DNA from: Octopus sinensis
Taxonomy: Eukaryota
Assembly (NCBI RefSeq): GCF_006345805.1
Contig: NW_021832231.1
Span: 62,001-126,000 of the forward strand
Length of the DNA stretch: 64,000 nucleotides
Direction of reading: 5' to 3'
How positions within the stretch are numbered: position 1 is the stretch's first letter; each line of letters begins with the position of its first letter. This document shows positions 61,472 through 64,000 of this stretch, one piece after another. The notes beneath the pieces were generated by a model that saw nothing but the letters and a program-made list of their open reading frames with translations, was not told the DNA's origin and did no database searches. Made by a program: the position numbers and the translations under genes.

Positions 61472-62504
61472 ATGTTGGAGGAATTAATTGGAAATAATAA
61501 ACCTGAAAAATGGATTATTTTACAAATCGACGAACACCGAAAAAATTTGCAAATTAAAATCTGAGAATATTTTAATAGCGATCAGATTGTTCCCTGATTG
61601 GATTTTAGAACCTTTTTTGTGTAAGATTGATGAGGCTCAGGAACTTCCTTTTCTACAAAAATTAATCGATTTAAGAAGCTCTGTGACTGCAAGGGTTACT
61701 TTTATAATTTTTGTGATTATTCAGATATGTTTCAATTCTTGCACACTTATGGAATTTTGGAGTAAAATGATTTTCGTTATTGACTATGGCTAGTATGCAA
61801 TATTTAATTCCTTATCCAACAACATACTTATGCAAAACTGCGATGTCTTGCTTATCATTTATTAAAAATAAATCTCGTAGTCGATTGAAAATTAGAGATG
61901 ATATGCGACATGGATTCAAATATTACAAAACTTGTTGCAGAAAAGCAACAACAAATATCTCACTAGAATTAAATCTTTTACACTTTTTTCACATAAAATA
62001 TTTTTTTTATTTTTTTTAGTTAGAAAATAATTCATCTTTTATAATTAAATCATTTATCTCAAAAAAAGATATGTTAAAATTTAAAAATCAATAGGGGGTA
62101 CTAGGGATCCATTTTTAAATTTATCAAAAATTTGAAAAAAATTAAGAACCGCTGTGCTAGACAATCTTTTAGGCACAAATTTTATTATTACCCGCATGAC
62201 CACCAGGAAAGGTATGGTAGGTTAGGTGATCTCGGACTCCAATATTTTCAAATTCCTCCCAGATTGTCCTTTACCGATCCAACGGTTCTCCGATTTCTTT
62301 TTTCACATGATTGGAGTGCAATTTTATGACAAAGCTAAATCCCTCTGCCTAGTTTAAAATTACTCCAAGAACGTATAAGCACGTCTTCAATAAATAAACC
62401 GAATCTTGCTTTAAATCTTCTGTCTGCAGTAAATAAAGTGAACTGAGACTTTGATGGAATATTCATTTGTCAGCAATTGGTCTCATTTAAGGTTGTAAAT
62501 GTAC

Positions 62505-63540
62505 TTAAAAATAATAATTTTTATCAAAGAAAGTCTCAAAAGTAAATTTTGACGGAGGTACCAAACTGTGGAAAGCAGTTTTCCTTCGACCCAGAAATGT
62601 GACCAACGCCGCAATATCAGAACGTGCCTCATCCTCGACCACCAACTCTCCCAACACCCTCATCACCCCATCCGTCCCCGTCGTAACCGGAAAAGGAAAA
62701 AACAACCCCTCAGGCACTCCATACGACCCATCCGAGCCCACCACGACTGCACTATACATTTCCTGCACAAACAAGCTCAATATACCTCCCCTCCTCCAAT
62801 TATAGCAGTCCACACTCCACTGCCCGCATTCCCCAAAAGTGACCCCAACTAACAATAGTCTCAACATAAACACATTTCCGGCGTATTCTCTCATACTATT
62901 TTTCGACCAATCAGAGACTCGTTCGAATGCCAGCCAGTGAGAATCCCCACCTGCCCAATCGTAGCAACCCTTGTCCTACAAATGTACACAAAAAGTACAT
63001 TTTCCTCAAAGTGGGGACCTCCCTTTGACAAGACTGCCGACAAATGGGGAATTGGGAGATTGAGTGCTGTCTGGCTGACGATTGAGGCAAAACAATCAGC
63101 AAAGGGGCCCACGAAAGTGACCTAAATGACCCAGAGTGGCAACCTGGATGGGCTCACGGACATGGTCGCGGAGAAAGCAGGCCATGTTGTAATACAGCAC
63201 TGCATAACGGCGGATCAAGTCGAAGCACGTTTGTCCGGAGGTGAGGTGGTAGTTGTAGGCGAATATTATGTAGTTGGCTAGGCTGAAGTCGCGGGGATCG
63301 GAGGAGACTTCAATTGCTGAGAAATCGTTCAGGTAGGGAGATATTTTCGCTTTTATTGTTCTTACCAGACGAGCCTTGAGAGAACTGTGGTCAAAAATGA
63401 CAATACGTGTCTTGAAATGTGGATTGTGAGCAATTTACTTTTTTAGTGTCAAATACACCTTGAATTTTAATGTTAGAAACAAAGGACTCTATGAAACTGT
63501 CTGATGGTCCTGCAATAAGCACGGTCACCACATCGTTCAT
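62505..63540 (-). CDS. Divergent cytosolic malate dehydrogenase-like protein (MDH1/MDH1B-like)
   Basis: N-terminal VTVLIAGP; GWHS at the WGNHS position; C-terminal SDGSYGVPEGLFFPFPVT. Confidence 0.55.
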
Positions 63541-64000
63541 GCTGAACCCGCGTCTTTACAAATTATATTTATTATAAATTAAACAAATCCAGTTTAAAAT
63601 ATAAAAGACAACAACCATTCAGTGCCTTTAGTCAATATAAGTTTAATTAAAAGTTCAAGAGATGACCAAACTTGGGATAATATATCCACTTTTTGTATTT
63701 TCTGAATTTAGTCTTTTTAGAAAGAATTACCAAACTTGTTCTAAAAATAAGAATTCACCCACCAGAACTGCAAAGATGTGGCCAGTGGCATTAGTCACCT
63801 TCTGCTTTGTTAGGAATTGGTTTGAAGCTTTGTTAGTCATGAATAGTCATTTCCTGACACAAAATAGTAGTCTCTGAAGTGCAAATTGTGGTTGTCATGT
63901 TTCGACACGAAATAATTACAAACATGGCACTTTAATTCGTTTTTTGCACAATTGCCCAATTTCCCACTCAATTAACCGAACTATTAGTCTAACTGATTTT

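Larger units (their letters stand above)
59526..62154 (+). mobile_element. Buster-type hAT element A, 3' half (with nested SINE and RTE)
   Basis: Begins with TSD copy CAATTTATTAAAACCT; continues ..GEKLIKP..SIQLDEFTD..CTDGAPAM..HTEVRWLS..YLADIF..PYPTTYLC..QISH* (61966); right end AAGAACCGCTG followed by TGCTAGAC. Confidence 0.88.

Noticed and set aside
61405-61475. Functional tRNA gene on the minus strand
   Set aside because: A B-box is present but there is no convincing acceptor stem or cloverleaf; the tail and flanking duplication indicate a SINE head.
62200-62480. Possible gene between the hAT end and the MDH-like gene
   Set aside because: Only weak minus-strand LINE RT-like remnants (KSQFTLF, LGVIL) with stops; too degraded to call.

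Overview
Gene-dense nuclear DNA from a ciliated invertebrate (innexin, axonemal dynein, IFT38, EAG channel). Genes are split by many ultra-short spliceosomal introns (about 21-31 nt, read by eye). This architecture best matches dicyemid mesozoans, but the organism is an inference. Bases 1-49.2 kb hold about 21 compact host genes (DCLK-like kinase, EAG, NDUFA6, CLUAP1, SSR3, EAF, RPL26, DNAH10, p38, Mn-CDF, TIM8, SEH1, LMBR1, PPP1R37, ZRANB2, calmodulin-like, VAP, innexin, PSMA1, GNB1L, MMS19) with LINE debris in some intergenic gaps. Bases 49.3-62.2 kb are an AT-rich transposon nest, followed by a divergent MDH-like gene. Main observations: (1) a Buster-type hAT transposase is split by a ~9.2-kb insert bounded by a 16-bp target-site duplication and by two direct copies of a CRE-like retroelement 3' end; the insert carries an intron-containing adhesion-GPCR gene; (2) roughly a tenth of the tiny introns in the dynein gene appear to use GC donors; (3) RFX X-boxes sit within 0-9 bp of the start codons of two ciliary genes; (4) an intron-retaining POLRMT fragment lies between LINE pieces. 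All gene models and family calls were made by eye from motif recall; no searches were run, and several boundaries are approximate.
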